Origin: a virus
Taxonomy: Duplodnaviria > Caudoviricetes
DNA length: 37,016 bases
Strand: one strand, 5' to 3'
IMG/VR virus record: IMGVR_UViG_3300025132_000119
Span: 1 to 37,016 of that record
Below the pieces are notes generated by a model, which saw only the letters and a program-made list of their open reading frames with translations, was not told where the DNA came from and searched no databases. Both the position numbers and the translations under genes were made by a program. Shown in pieces: positions 10,301 through 20,014 of this stretch (positions are counted from its first letter, which is position 1; the number at the start of each line of letters is the position of its first letter).

Positions 10301-12009
10301 ATTTTAATATTTTGTTTATTGATAGATAAAGGTTGTAGTATTCTAAAAAAACTTTGATTTACATTTCCTGTATAAAGTCTAGCAACTTCAAAGAAATCTT
10401 TTTCTATTCTTTTTTGTTGAGGTGTTCCAATCTTAAATTCTTCTGCAAACTCATGTGCTAAAAGTGTTTGAAGTTTTTTAGCTGTTGGAGAAAACTTAAC
10501 ATAAGGAGTTAAAATATTAGGAGCTTTACCACCTATAAGTTTTCCTGTAATATCTGATCCAATCTTATGAAATGTAAATTTTATTTTATTAACTTTTTCT
10601 TTTGGCGAAAGATTAGAAGCAAGAATATCTTGCACTTCATCTGAAATTATTTCTTTTGTTTCTTCTCCTGCATCTATTTTATTAACAAAATTATTTATAG
10701 ATGAATCAAATTTTTCAAAATCCAAATCTAAATTAGTTTGATAAAATTCATCTTCACTATCAAATTCTATTTGACGATTTATTAATGTTGCTTCAGATTT
10801 TTCAAGCTCCTTAGCTAATCTATTTAAATCTAAATCTGTAACAACTTCATCTGTTAAATTAGCTATAGTAGGATCTACTAAATCTAATTGCTCTTGAACG
10901 CTAATGTCATCCATAAAATCAAATTGCATTTGAGTTTCTAACGGACCATCATCAGGAACAGTATCTAAATTATGCTCTAATATTTTAGCTTCAGTTTTAG
11001 AAGCTACTTTATTTTTAGCCCAACCTAATGCTTTAGGAAATCCTTTACCAAATAAAGGAACACCAACAGCAGTTCCTGCTGCCGATAATCCTGTTTCAAA
11101 AAAACTATATTCTTTACTAGGATCAAAAGACATACCTAACTTTTGATATTGATCTCCATAGACAGTACCATAAGTTAGACCATATAAAGATAATCCTCCT
11201 GTAGTATTTAATTTATTAGCTGCAAATTTAACACCACTTTCTCCTGTTTTCAATCCTTTATATACAGCATCACCTCCAAGATTTTTTCCTATTCCTGAAG
11301 TAAGAGCTTTTTTTAATCCTTCTCTAGCTGCTAATACAGGACCTGCTGCTGTACCTCCTGAAAAAACTATTGCAAGAATAGTAGGCAATATTTCATAATT
11401 AGCTAATAAATCTACAGCATAATCACCTGTTGCACCAAGACCTTCTAAAAATCCTTTTATTTCAGTTTTATTATGCCATACATCATTTACCTCTTGCATA
11501 GCTTGTTTTATTTCGTCAGGAGCATCTTTAAAAATTGATTTATGATTAAACATAGTAGTTATTCTATTAGTTTGATCACGTAGTATTTCAGATGGTCTAG
11601 TATCTCCACCTGTATCAACAGTAGCTAAATCTAATTTGCCTAATAAACTTTCATTGTTATGTATATAGTCTGTAATTTTATCTATTCTTTCTACTATATA
11701 TGGAGATTCATTAAATTCTTTAACAGAAAGTTTAAATTCAGAATTATCTTCATTGCCTGTATAAGCTTCAGAATCAATAATATTTTGAATTTTTAAATCT
11801 CTAACTTTTTTATTAATTAAATCATCATCAATTAGATCAGGTTTAAAATCTGGTTTTCTTGCTTTTCTGCTTTCATTTATTGCACTTCTCCTGTCTATTT
11901 GAGAAACAGGTTCAACTTTTTCTATTGAGTCAATAGGTTTTTCTTCTTCTTTTTGATCAACATATTTTTCAATCAAAGATTGTGCATATTCATAAGAATC
12001 ATATGACAT
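4324..12009 (-). CDS. 2561-aa polyvalent internal virion/ejection protein with ADP-ribosyltransferase-like, LysM and pesticin-type muramidase domains
   Basis: VYRG..GVHVG..YINLKKPL..GFDGIQYRN..YILFDANQFK (ART-like); YSIKKGDTLSSIAKKFNTTVENL (LysM); SESGVTVSTGYDLG..LIPYLG (pesticin-like); EEMQSD domain at C-terminus. Confidence 0.8.
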   Translation of the reverse strand: MSYDSYEYAQSLIEKYVDQKEEEKPIDSIEKVEPVSQIDRRSAINESRKARKPDFKPDLIDDDLINKKVRDLKIQNIIDSEAYTGNEDNSEFKLSVKEFNESPYIVERIDKITDYIHNNESLLGKLDLATVDTGGDTRPSEILRDQTNRITTMFNHKSIFKDAPDEIKQAMQEVNDVWHNKTEIKGFLEGLGATGDYAVDLLANYEILPTILAIVFSGGTAAGPVLAAREGLKKALTSGIGKNLGGDAVYKGLKTGESGVKFAANKLNTTGGLSLYGLTYGTVYGDQYQKLGMSFDPSKEYSFFETGLSAAGTAVGVPLFGKGFPKALGWAKNKVASKTEAKILEHNLDTVPDDGPLETQMQFDFMDDISVQEQLDLVDPTIANLTDEVVTDLDLNRLAKELEKSEATLINRQIEFDSEDEFYQTNLDLDFEKFDSSINNFVNKIDAGEETKEIISDEVQDILASNLSPKEKVNKIKFTFHKIGSDITGKLIGGKAPNILTPYVKFSPTAKKLQTLLAHEFAEEFKIGTPQQKRIEKDFFEVARLYTGNVNQSFFRILQPLSINKQNIKIKDKVLEDLNVAIRGGESTSPEINKAALQIRTLFKEMGDVLEQEGLIDKQVENYIPRMWNRKTIENNQEEFKELLVKSGQSKNIVEAEKLLKSLLEIKNQIGNTGTGHFFSAQRKLIDIKDDSMFAKFFNQDLTTIFHQYSFQAGKALAKKKVFKATNATEFETVWINKIAKEMEASGKILSDRERKDILNLYKTTTGEIKSNGVIRQNVSSGYALINRLAYLSEATLSSLGEIFINVAKGGPLQFSKGFIQSLELGFKTAFGDAHSKLITKHGLTVNEAWAELKRFNIAVQQSISQIDNRLTGDVLENKAMQEISNKFFKVTLLDQWTRFVQTVSFASGKNAIERDIRTVALRGSRAATRRVNVAKGRLRELDIDIDDAVRWYNSGSNLDDSFYKNGLLNGAARYTNGVILQPNSMSNLKPLWHSSPNSSFLYGLLSYPTAFSNTVLKGGLKQLAKYPETVPSVAIAALLMLNTARFTNYVRTRGKSEDKAPHEIYKDAVTRIGGFGIIYDQLERGRKNVQYTRNPFYYLGVPFGPFGTDTISLLDKKNPAEFFGKKVPFWTSADLIFGDDAEQEYSEMLKDWDKAFKELVVPKRDFNNKGGIIDIPRAASEPDERIDKITGIPYNQQAGDAFTDILDREERTGLAIGGVLFTKLAGPLAKQINNATSQIFETKIVNEASENIRKVVPSLQKLNISANDIDDIIASKVDNMLSIKPITQDKRLSVKDDIKINKDIAQSLYPIVTKHENLIDLDVDSSNINEELGSLINYTAMRILKDKNNSDTITEKGARESAKNILAKIVKEDPTKLEDFKKMSKIIPPKNSILDVPEVDPVIRNESLEEMLKDSVVKTRVYRGITNMIDTDYEIGFAVPREMGVHVGNVGQANFILAKALSRKAEDLGIPARLEKDVPLQLSMKDYQDFFVEQGAIAEKLAEKLGVDEIGTPPLAIKSGYINLKKPLKFDTDYGLWTSENLLTNFYDDVLFSLEDGLKRKLSKKELANLNKLRNEISDIRFKADEDQIEKMINPKLSTYVDIKERFEYSLMDKKFQNYLKELGFDGIQYRNFKETPIQGEDFSSYILFDANQFKNMNAAEYDLTDLREMRYSGGRLIFNEGSKVKTVDSYSIKKGDTLSSIAKKFNTTVENLMEVNEIGNMNDISVDDTLNISAPVIKNKAINALKNIKDKRINDKAITAVKNIKSKRSKVDWDFISEQEDALKTLEAVVPMPEKSESGVTVSTGYDLGARKVEDLKKLPKSLQEKLIPYLGLKKEKAVEFLKLNPLKLTDEEYDIIKETIHKEVESKLREMWEEDTGTLFSSLPKGKATILASITTQYGNMKTKTPNAWKQATSGDWKAFVENLKDFKDDFGPRRIRELEFWINSDTQDYLNSIGEEDLAARQSLIKDSEDRSKFVYGSLSAKGSKGFFSAVEEAAKQLKTQKGSGKTFYNELKKKPFVTQDELEYSEIMDQLFMKPNLTKDEVKEIVSKSAPKIIFRDSIDDFGPEYEQYTIAHEKTKPDPENDEFINNLKMKETEEIRAEFPEGVPTLGQFMKRLTNDDDFDPALELDKYDARYNEAFFDNVDITDTDMIIDSLMDSLPFKNTNYREIVAQFPEVGKFKNMKSQSEHHIDIPNYNKNFMHIRLSEGYDENKVSYSIIEEMQSDYHRDGRKYGYAKDPTSPYAEFVPTDRDLAEINYNIDQLFEGDDYEKIFDSGFYEDIKSNFYESEYRYDNIKDPLDKDMPTPEYLNKFTLFEGYVDAEDVNKAVKFLGKFGLNKELINELIVERTRFVKEFPEYLKSKDLKPRRQGILEYQFNKYMKKRVGEMLSELEEKNTFLKEKMITEELQTLLAEFDGNSFDLMLPVIETGGYSNKLKDAPFKDTWHKLAINKSVIDAVDKGDDGIALTLGKTHTNRYGESFEEKFDVLYDKKGRSYLNKLAKKYGLTVETKPLKIRSDNEMFEDLDETFYVLKFNDKLKKDVLENGLPQFAEGGLVNAD

Positions 12010-12025
12010 AAATTATTTATCCTTT

Positions 12026-13843
12026 TTAATTAAATTGTGTAGCAGTATTTTCTTGTAATTGATTTAAACGATTAGCTATTACTCTTTCTATTCTAGAAAG
12101 GATTAATTTATTATTATCATTATAAACATCTTTATACTTTGTTATTTTTACAGATGTTCTTTCATCTGAATTATATAATGATTTTAAATCAGCAATATAA
12201 GATGCTAATTCTACAAGAGTAGTAAATTGCATTGTAGATACATCATTTAAAAAATTAACATCTGACATACCTGCAATTTCATCTACCATATCTACAAGAT
12301 CTTCTTCGCCTGAAAATTGCCCATATCCTGTATTTGCATTTTTTATATATTCATGATTTAAAGCTAAAGCAGCCATCATAGAGTTCCAACCACCTGTGTC
12401 TCCTCCTGCCATAAAACTAGATGTTAATGCACTTTTAGTTACATCTATTTCATTTTTATTATCTGCAAACTCTTCATCAAGAAAATTAAAACCTATTTTA
12501 GTTTTTACTTTAGCTCTATCTTTTTGTAATTTAATATTATGAACGTGCATAGAACTAGATAAACTTGCAGCAGTATCAAAATTCAAACCAAAATTATCCA
12601 TAAGACCTTTTTGTGTTACTCCAATAGTACCATAAAGTTCATTTAAAAATGCCATATCAGCAATATCATCTACTTTTCCTGTATCAGCTATTGCTGCAAA
12701 TACATTTAAATCTTTACCTGTTTTTAATTTAACATAAGATTCAACAACTTCCATATCTTTAAAATTAATATTATTAAAAAAAGTAGCAACTTGTGCTATT
12801 CTATCAACATATTTTTTATTTTGAAAATTTTCTCTAAGTTTAGTAGGAGACATAGGATTAAGACTTGTTATGTTTCCTTCTGGTGCTTCTTTAGTTATTG
12901 AATCTACTAATCGTATAGGTATGCCATTATGAAATTCTGGAATTAATGTTACTTTTATTTTGTCAAAAACTCCTCCTACTGCACTTTCTACTGAAATCTC
13001 AGTTTCAATTTTATTTTTAAAATCATATGTTATATCTGGTGTTTTGCTAAATACAAAATCTTTTCCTGTTGTTTTTTTATATTGAACTTTATGTTGAGCT
13101 AATTCATCAGCAAAATCTAAATCATTTGTTACATTTTCATAGACTTCAAAAAATGCTTGATTTTCTTCAGCAGTATCAAAAATATCTTTATTTGTTCTAA
13201 AGAAATTTTTTAAAGGATCTGTGCCTGTAAAAGTTTTTTGAACCTTATCAGCAAAATATCCAGATATAGTTTGAGGAGAATTTTCTCCAATTAATTTATC
13301 ATAATCTTCTATATTTTTTATTCCTCTATCTGCTAAACTTTTAACTGAATTTTTAACTTTATTATGTGCAGTTCTTAATTGATTAGCTCTATCTTTAATA
13401 AGAACAGTTTTATAATTATCAAGTTGAGTTTTACTATATTGATTACCTTGTTTAATTGCAAAATCATCAAAACCTAACGCAACATCATTTGTTGCTTGAT
13501 TTAAAAAATAAGCAGCTTCTCCGCCTTGAAATTTATTAATATTTTCTATTTCATTATTTAATTGTTCTACATTATTAAGAGTTGAACTAATCAAAGCTCT
13601 TTTAGCTAAAGCATCTTCACTATTAAAAAATTCTGTAGTTCTTTCTCTTACCATATCATTACCGATATTTAAAGCAGTATCTAAAATTCCTTTTACGGCT
13701 GTGCCTGCTAATCTATATTTTAAAGAATCTACAAAATAATCTTTTGCATCATTTCTTCGATCTCGTCTTAATTTTTTATATAGTTTTTCGTTTTTTGATT
13801 CTTGTGCAGAAAGTAACGAATTACCGAAATCTTCAATAGCCAT
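12026..13843 (-). CDS. Putative internal virion (ejection) protein
   Basis: 605-aa ORF; position just upstream of giant protein. Confidence 0.55.
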   Translation of the reverse strand: MAIEDFGNSLLSAQESKNEKLYKKLRRDRRNDAKDYFVDSLKYRLAGTAVKGILDTALNIGNDMVRERTTEFFNSEDALAKRALISSTLNNVEQLNNEIENINKFQGGEAAYFLNQATNDVALGFDDFAIKQGNQYSKTQLDNYKTVLIKDRANQLRTAHNKVKNSVKSLADRGIKNIEDYDKLIGENSPQTISGYFADKVQKTFTGTDPLKNFFRTNKDIFDTAEENQAFFEVYENVTNDLDFADELAQHKVQYKKTTGKDFVFSKTPDITYDFKNKIETEISVESAVGGVFDKIKVTLIPEFHNGIPIRLVDSITKEAPEGNITSLNPMSPTKLRENFQNKKYVDRIAQVATFFNNINFKDMEVVESYVKLKTGKDLNVFAAIADTGKVDDIADMAFLNELYGTIGVTQKGLMDNFGLNFDTAASLSSSMHVHNIKLQKDRAKVKTKIGFNFLDEEFADNKNEIDVTKSALTSSFMAGGDTGGWNSMMAALALNHEYIKNANTGYGQFSGEEDLVDMVDEIAGMSDVNFLNDVSTMQFTTLVELASYIADLKSLYNSDERTSVKITKYKDVYNDNNKLILSRIERVIANRLNQLQENTATQFN

Positions 13844-13845
13844 AA

Positions 13846-14505
13846 CTATGCTTCCTCATTTTGTGATGGTCTTTCTAATAAACTAGGCTCTGGTGTTTCT
13901 TCTGGTTGTTCTAGTTGTTCTGGTTGTTCTTGTTCATTGTCTTCTTTTAATTCTTCTTTAAGCTCAAGCTCTACTTCTCTAAGAGGAGTTTTTAAACTTG
14001 TTTCTATTTCTCTAGTTAAAGATCCTTCTGGAACTTTTAAATCTTTTAAGTTTTCTAGTAGCATTTCAAATTTTTCTTCATCTACTTTTAAACCAAATAA
14101 ATTTTCTTCTCCTTCTTCAGCATCATCTTCTTGTTGATCATATACTATATAATCTATATTTATTCTTTCTGCTAACGCAATAAACATATAAGCAACAGGT
14201 TCTACAAGCATCATCATTAAATCAGGATTCCATTGACCCTCTTGAAATCCATTCATTAAATATAATTCAGTAAGAGACATTACTGGAACTTGATCATCTA
14301 AAAGTTTCATACTAGCTATATAAAATTTAGGACTAATCATGTGTCCCCATATTTTTTCTAGTGTTTGATGTAATGCAGTATTTCTTGGTGCTGATTCAAA
14401 AGGTGCAGGATTTTCTGGATCATTAGTTAATGATTGTCCTGCTATAGGAGCACCAAAATTACTAGCAACTTTATTTTGTTCTTGTTGAGCTTCAGTTAAT
14501 TCCAT
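13846..14505 (-). CDS. Hypothetical virion-module protein with acidic tail
   Basis: APIAGQSLT..PFESAP..GQWNPDLM; Glu-rich C-terminus. Confidence 0.65.
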   Translation of the reverse strand: MELTEAQQEQNKVASNFGAPIAGQSLTNDPENPAPFESAPRNTALHQTLEKIWGHMISPKFYIASMKLLDDQVPVMSLTELYLMNGFQEGQWNPDLMMMLVEPVAYMFIALAERINIDYIVYDQQEDDAEEGEENLFGLKVDEEKFEMLLENLKDLKVPEGSLTREIETSLKTPLREVELELKEELKEDNEQEQPEQLEQPEETPEPSLLERPSQNEEA

Positions 14506-15908
14506 TATGATATTCCTATGCTTTGTCTATAATTATTATAAGTATCCCAACTATCTTGAGCATATCTATGTGCATTATAACCATATGCTCCTTCATTGGT
14601 AACATAATTTTGATATGATGGCATTTCTCCACCATAAGAAGTTCCAGACATTCCACCAGTGGCTACTGCAGAAGATGGCGAATAGTTTACAATTTCTGCT
14701 GTTGCAGGATCTAAAATTGCTTCTTGTAATTTTAAATTTACACTATCTTTAACAGCACCATAAGTTAAATTTGCAGGAGCATCTACTGCCATCTCTACTA
14801 CTCCATGTGCTGCACGAGAAGGAGCTGTAACTAATTTTTGTTTAAGTGTCATATCTTCTGGTCTTATAAGCTCACCATCTACTTTAAACTCTTCGTTTAA
14901 ATGTGATTTAAAAGGATTTAATTTACCAAAGAATCCTGCTTGATCTTCTCCACCTAATAAAGTTTTAAATTCAGATACATCATTAAATTTAAATGGACCT
15001 TCAGGTATATCAGTTAATTTTGTATCAAATACTTGTAAGTCATTTAAATTTTCAAATGCAGATGCATCTGCAAAAAACTCTCTTCCTGAAGTATCTGAAA
15101 TAATAAAATCTCCTTTTGATGGAGAAAATTTTCTTAGTCCAGTATCAGGATCTATTTCTAAAGTATTTTTAAATATACCCTCTCCTTTTGAATTTTTAAT
15201 ATCTTCTACATTTATAATTCCTTCTGTACCATCTACAGCATTTATTTTTATATCACCTGCTTGTCTAGCTACTGCATTAGGATCTGTAGCTTGAGCTATT
15301 CCAAAATCTACTTCAGCTATTTTATCTAAAAGTTGATCTTCACTTATAGCTAAGTTTTTATAATTTAATCTTCCTGCTTCTCCAAAGCTTTTAGAAAAAG
15401 CACTGTCTTTTCCTGCAAAGAAATTTTCAGGACCTGAGTTAGCAAAGAAAGATTTTAATTTACCATCAGGAAGAACATTTGCTATTTTATTTCCTAATGT
15501 TTTTGAAAAATTTGTAATAGTATCTGTTACTCCCTTAGTAACATTTCTATAAACATTACCTACTTTAGAAACTGATTTAGTTACAAATTGACCTACTTTA
15601 GCAACTCCTCTAGCTAGTTTAGCTGCTAAACCTGTGCCTTTTACACCTGCTAATGTATTAGTTACAAAGTTTACAGATTTTAAAAGAGCACCTCCAATAG
15701 CAGGTAACATAAGCGTAACTGCAATTTGTCCAAGTATTCCTATACTACCCATAAACTCACCAAACTTAGCAAGTCCACTTTTTATTGCTCTACCTGTTCT
15801 ACGAATCATACCATCTAAGCCTGTAGCTTTTGATATTTTTTTAATTCCTTTTCTAAGTTTTTTTCCTGCTCTTTTAATTTCTTTTCTTATACTTTTAAAT
15901 AAACCCAT
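14505..15908 (-). CDS. Putative ejection/pilot protein
   Basis: Basic amphipathic N-terminus followed by Gly/Ala-rich hydrophobic segment. Confidence 0.6.
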   Translation of the reverse strand: MGLFKSIRKEIKRAGKKLRKGIKKISKATGLDGMIRRTGRAIKSGLAKFGEFMGSIGILGQIAVTLMLPAIGGALLKSVNFVTNTLAGVKGTGLAAKLARGVAKVGQFVTKSVSKVGNVYRNVTKGVTDTITNFSKTLGNKIANVLPDGKLKSFFANSGPENFFAGKDSAFSKSFGEAGRLNYKNLAISEDQLLDKIAEVDFGIAQATDPNAVARQAGDIKINAVDGTEGIINVEDIKNSKGEGIFKNTLEIDPDTGLRKFSPSKGDFIISDTSGREFFADASAFENLNDLQVFDTKLTDIPEGPFKFNDVSEFKTLLGGEDQAGFFGKLNPFKSHLNEEFKVDGELIRPEDMTLKQKLVTAPSRAAHGVVEMAVDAPANLTYGAVKDSVNLKLQEAILDPATAEIVNYSPSSAVATGGMSGTSYGGEMPSYQNYVTNEGAYGYNAHRYAQDSWDTYNNYRQSIGIS

Positions 15909-15922
15909 TAATTTTCTCCTAA

Positions 15923-18007
15923 TTAAAAATCTAGTTCTGATAAAAATGCATTAATATTATCTAATGATCTAGTAAGTTCTGAGCTTTGTTTATATTTAGT
16001 CATATTTTCTAAACCTAACACTGTATTAAGTAATGTAGTTTTTCTATCTTGATCTCTTTGATAAGCATCTCTAATATACGAACCAGTGTCTCTCAGTTGT
16101 TGCCACAAGTTTGTTTGTTCTAATGTAGACATATTAAAAGCATTTTGAACATTTTGTTGATTAGCTGCATTAGTTGCTGCTGTGGCTGCTGTATTTGTAG
16201 ATCTTCTCCAAGCTATATTAGATTGTTCTATAGCTTGAGCATTAGTAACATTAAACTGTTCACGAGCTAATTCATTTTGTTCATAAAACTTAGCCATGTC
16301 ATTTATTTGTTGAGTATTAAATTGTTCAAACGCTAATTCATTACCTGCATTTAATGCTTCCATTTTATTTTGTTCTGTAATATTAAATTGTTTCATTGCA
16401 TTTTCTGCAGCAACATTAAACTGCTCTATATTGTTTTGAAGCGAAGCCATAAACTGTTGAGTTTGATTTTCACTTGTAGCATTAAATTGAGCTGCTGCAT
16501 TTTTAGATGCTTGATCTGATAACATATTTTCTTGTTTGAATTTTAACTTTGCCATATATGCTTCTTGCTGATTGCTTAAATTAGTTATTTTCATTTGTTG
16601 TTCAAACTCAGCTTCTTGAGATTTGAACTTAACTGCTGCATCTAATTTTTGAGCTGCTCTAGCTTGTAAAGCTTTTGCATTATCTTGAGCTATAGGCATA
16701 GCACTTTGTATAATGGCATTAAATAATTGATCACGACCTACAGTTGAAGCTGACATTCCTCGTGCTGCTAACATAGCATTAACTTTATCTACTGCAGGTT
16801 TAGCCCATAAAGGAGTTTTACCTTCTTCCATTCCTGCAAGAAGACCTTCCATTTGTGCTGACATAAGAGCTTCTTCTGGAAGATCTGCAATATTTGCACG
16901 ACTTTCAATATCTGTACCTTCTAGCTTTTCTAATGCTCCTTCTGGGTCATTAGCTATAGCATTACTTATTTCATTGTCTATACCTTGCTCTGCTAAACCT
17001 TGTCCTGTTTCTTTAGAACTTTTAACTGTTGTAACATCTACTTGCTCTAATACTTTTGCTGCAGAACCTTGAGGTGGTCCTAACTCGTCTTGTATTTCTT
17101 GAGTTAATGCAACATCTATTGTAGCAGTTTCAACTGAAGGTCGAGAAGAGCCTAGTTCTTGCTCCTTTTTTGCCATAAAAGCTTTTTGTTTTTCAGATAA
17201 TTCTTTATTCTTAGCTTCTAATGGAGCTCTTAACTCAGCAAGTTTTTTTTGTAATTCAATAACTTCTTTTGATTTTGAAGGGTCTTGACCTGCTGCTTGT
17301 TCCATGCTTGCTATTTGTGATAATTTTCTAGATGTAGATATATATTCTTCAGATTGAAATATTTGATCAGAAAGCTCTTTATACTCTTTCATTTCTGGAG
17401 TGTTTTGAAATTCTTGACTTGCTGCTTGTTGTTGTGCAGGAGTTAATCCTTTAGTGCTAAAAGCAGTAGATACTTGAGCAGCATCTTGTGGTGTTGCTTG
17501 CCCTGCATCTTCTTTAGTTATTGTTGCTGTATCTTGGGCTCTTCCAGTTTCTAATTGTTGAATATCTTCTTGTGCTGTAACATAAGGTTTAGATGCTTCT
17601 TCATCTGCAGAAATATCAGGAGCTAATCCTAATGTAGCATCTGGTAATGTAGCAGAGTCTGGTCTAGAAGCTGTTACTTCTGATAAATCTGCTGATTGTC
17701 CTGCTATAGCTTCTTGCCCAGTTGGAGTATCTTTAGCTGATGCCATAGCTTCTACATTTTGTTGTTGAACTTCTGATTGTGCAGTTGCAAGCTCTGCTTG
17801 TTTTTCATTTAACTCTGTTTGAGCTTTTTCTAAACTTTGATTTTGACTAGTTGTATCTTCACCTTGAGCAGAACGATTTGCTATATCTTGTTGTATTCTA
17901 GATATTTGTGCATTTAAAGTTCCTATTCGTCTTTGAATAGATTCAACTGTACCGCCAGTTTGAAATGCTTGTCTTCTCTTTCTTAAAGCTTCTAAATATT
18001 TACTCAT
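15923..18007 (-). CDS. Putative internal virion protein, Gln/Ala/Asn-rich coiled coil
   Basis: Repeated QFN motifs; position after tail genes. Confidence 0.6.
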   Translation of the reverse strand: MSKYLEALRKRRQAFQTGGTVESIQRRIGTLNAQISRIQQDIANRSAQGEDTTSQNQSLEKAQTELNEKQAELATAQSEVQQQNVEAMASAKDTPTGQEAIAGQSADLSEVTASRPDSATLPDATLGLAPDISADEEASKPYVTAQEDIQQLETGRAQDTATITKEDAGQATPQDAAQVSTAFSTKGLTPAQQQAASQEFQNTPEMKEYKELSDQIFQSEEYISTSRKLSQIASMEQAAGQDPSKSKEVIELQKKLAELRAPLEAKNKELSEKQKAFMAKKEQELGSSRPSVETATIDVALTQEIQDELGPPQGSAAKVLEQVDVTTVKSSKETGQGLAEQGIDNEISNAIANDPEGALEKLEGTDIESRANIADLPEEALMSAQMEGLLAGMEEGKTPLWAKPAVDKVNAMLAARGMSASTVGRDQLFNAIIQSAMPIAQDNAKALQARAAQKLDAAVKFKSQEAEFEQQMKITNLSNQQEAYMAKLKFKQENMLSDQASKNAAAQFNATSENQTQQFMASLQNNIEQFNVAAENAMKQFNITEQNKMEALNAGNELAFEQFNTQQINDMAKFYEQNELAREQFNVTNAQAIEQSNIAWRRSTNTAATAATNAANQQNVQNAFNMSTLEQTNLWQQLRDTGSYIRDAYQRDQDRKTTLLNTVLGLENMTKYKQSSELTRSLDNINAFLSELDF

Positions 18008-18018
18008 TGTTAAATCCT

Positions 18019-18219
18019 TTAAACTAATTTAAATAAAATTGCAACTATGCCTGTAAGTAGTATAGCATTAAAACCATATATTCTATTTTCAAGTCGTTGC
18101 ATTTTTTCTGCACCTTTTTCTAATTGTCTTTCTACATTCTTCCATCGTATGCTACATTCAGCTTCATGTTTTTCCATACGTGCTAATACATCTTTTGTAG
18201 TAATTCTTTTTTCAGTCAT
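18019..18219 (-). CDS. Small coiled-coil protein with C-terminal transmembrane segment
   Basis: HEAECSIRW..coiled coil..FNAILLTGIVAILFKLV. Confidence 0.65.
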   Translation of the reverse strand: MTEKRITTKDVLARMEKHEAECSIRWKNVERQLEKGAEKMQRLENRIYGFNAILLTGIVAILFKLV

Positions 18220-18221
18220 AA

Positions 18222-18959
18222 TTATTTAACCACTGGTGAAGTTAGTTTTCCTGTGATACCATCAAAAGGATCTACTTGAGTTGTTAATATAGCATCTAAA
18301 CATACACAATCATTTGAGCCACTAGCAACAAATTCAATTTCATGTTGATTATTTGTAGCAGATGATTGATAATATGCTGTACCACTAATACCAGTTGTTG
18401 ATGTATCTTCAAATAATTCTGTTCCTGTTTGTGCTGTCATAGTTTGACTTCCATCAAATATAACCATATTTAGTAGCCCACAAGAATCAGCATTCGGTGT
18501 ATATGATCTATTATAGATAGCATTTTTTGCAGTAACTGATTGTAATAAAGCAGATTGAACAAAACCATCAGTACAGACTACTGAAATTACTGCATTAGCT
18601 ACACTTGTTTCACTTACATTAAAACTTAATGATGCACTAACTGCACCTTCTCCTGATAAATCAAATATAGCTGCTCTAGCAACACGAACAGTATCTACAC
18701 CTGTAGTATCAGGATCATATTGTAAATCTGCTATTCTTGGCAAAGAACCCCATGTAATAGGATCATCTATTGTTAAAGTTGATGAGTTGTCTACATCAAC
18801 TGCTATTAATACTATTGCTGTTTTTGTTGTAGCAGGTGCAGTTGCTGTTACTGCATTATTTCCATGCACTACACTAACAGATGTTAATTCATAAAATGTA
18901 GTATCTGTATTTGCTTGAGTATTATCATTACCTGCATTTAAAATATTAGGTCCTGCCAT
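18222..18959 (-). CDS. Putative tail/structural protein
   Basis: Thr/Ser/Ala/Val-rich, beta-type; tail module. Confidence 0.55.
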   Translation of the reverse strand: MAGPNILNAGNDNTQANTDTTFYELTSVSVVHGNNAVTATAPATTKTAIVLIAVDVDNSSTLTIDDPITWGSLPRIADLQYDPDTTGVDTVRVARAAIFDLSGEGAVSASLSFNVSETSVANAVISVVCTDGFVQSALLQSVTAKNAIYNRSYTPNADSCGLLNMVIFDGSQTMTAQTGTELFEDTSTTGISGTAYYQSSATNNQHEIEFVASGSNDCVCLDAILTTQVDPFDGITGKLTSPVVK

Positions 18960-18977
18960 AATTAAAATCCTCGTTTA

Positions 18978-19250
18978 TTAAGCGTTATATTCAAATAACA
19001 TTACAACATTATTAGTTGCATTAGTACTTGCATCAGAGCTGCCTGCAACTTTCATAAATGGGCAAAGTTGAATTTCTTTAATAGTATCTGCATTAAAAGA
19101 TTCTATTAAAACAAAATCAGAATTATTTAAACTTCCAAATAAATATACTGCTGTGCCACTTGTATTTTTTACTTGTATTAAACCATTAGCATTACCTGAT
19201 TTTTTAATTTTAGGCTGTAATACAGTTCTATCATTATTAAAGGTTTTCAT
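18978..19250 (-). CDS. Small putative structural protein
   Basis: LFGSLNNSDFV; tail module. Confidence 0.55.
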   Translation of the reverse strand: MKTFNNDRTVLQPKIKKSGNANGLIQVKNTSGTAVYLFGSLNNSDFVLIESFNADTIKEIQLCPFMKVAGSSDASTNATNNVVMLFEYNA

Positions 19251-19279
19251 ATTTTTATTCCTGTGTTAAAAAGTTAAAA

Positions 19280-20011
19280 TTAAGATAAAGTTGCACCATG
19301 CACATTGACTATTAACCACTTACTCAATGATGCACTGTATACAAAGTCTACAGATTCTCCTACTGCATCCCAAGTAATTGATGAAGCCTGTGAAGTTACT
19401 AAGTTTCCATCTGAAGCTGACATTGTAGCATTATTGCCTGCAACTTCCATTGTTATTCTCATTTGTTGACCATCAGCTCCTGCAGCCATTGTTAGTGTTG
19501 TAGTTCCAGAGCCTGTGTTTAAAAACATTTGTGATTCAGTTATATCTACTGCTAGAGCACCTCCTGCCCCAGTAAGTGTTACAGGAGTAGTAGCTAAACC
19601 TCCTGAAGTTTTAATTAAAGCAGATGAAGTAATATCTAATTGTCCTGCTGTGCTTGAGTTTATACTTTGATTAGAATCTCTTAATAGAAGCTCTAGAGTT
19701 CCACTCATTATTATATCATTACTAAATCTAAAAAATCCACCACCATTCCAAGTAAAAGATCCATCACCTGAAGAAGCATTAAAATTTAAAGTAATAGTTC
19801 CAGATGAATTATCACCTAAAGTAATTGTATTTGCCATTAGTTTATCTATTGGTGCTCCTGCACCTGCAGTTCCATCATGGTTATGACCATCTGTTGCATG
19901 AAAAGAATTTGCAATTGCATTAAATTCGGTATTAAATAAAGTATGAGTAATTACCCCACCACTAGAATAAGTTCCTACTTTTGAACCATATAAATTATCA
20001 TTTGCTGCCAT
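19280..20011 (-). CDS. Tail fibre/spike-like protein
   Basis: N-terminal FNTEFNAI..F...GHNHDG attachment-type motif; follows nozzle gene. Confidence 0.65.
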   Translation of the reverse strand: MAANDNLYGSKVGTYSSGGVITHTLFNTEFNAIANSFHATDGHNHDGTAGAGAPIDKLMANTITLGDNSSGTITLNFNASSGDGSFTWNGGGFFRFSNDIIMSGTLELLLRDSNQSINSSTAGQLDITSSALIKTSGGLATTPVTLTGAGGALAVDITESQMFLNTGSGTTTLTMAAGADGQQMRITMEVAGNNATMSASDGNLVTSQASSITWDAVGESVDFVYSASLSKWLIVNVHGATLS

Positions 20012-20014
20012 TTG

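Noticed and set aside
4324-12009. Virion RNA polymerase call for the giant ORF
   Set aside because: No recognisable polymerase catalytic motifs; the C-terminal half is explained by other domains
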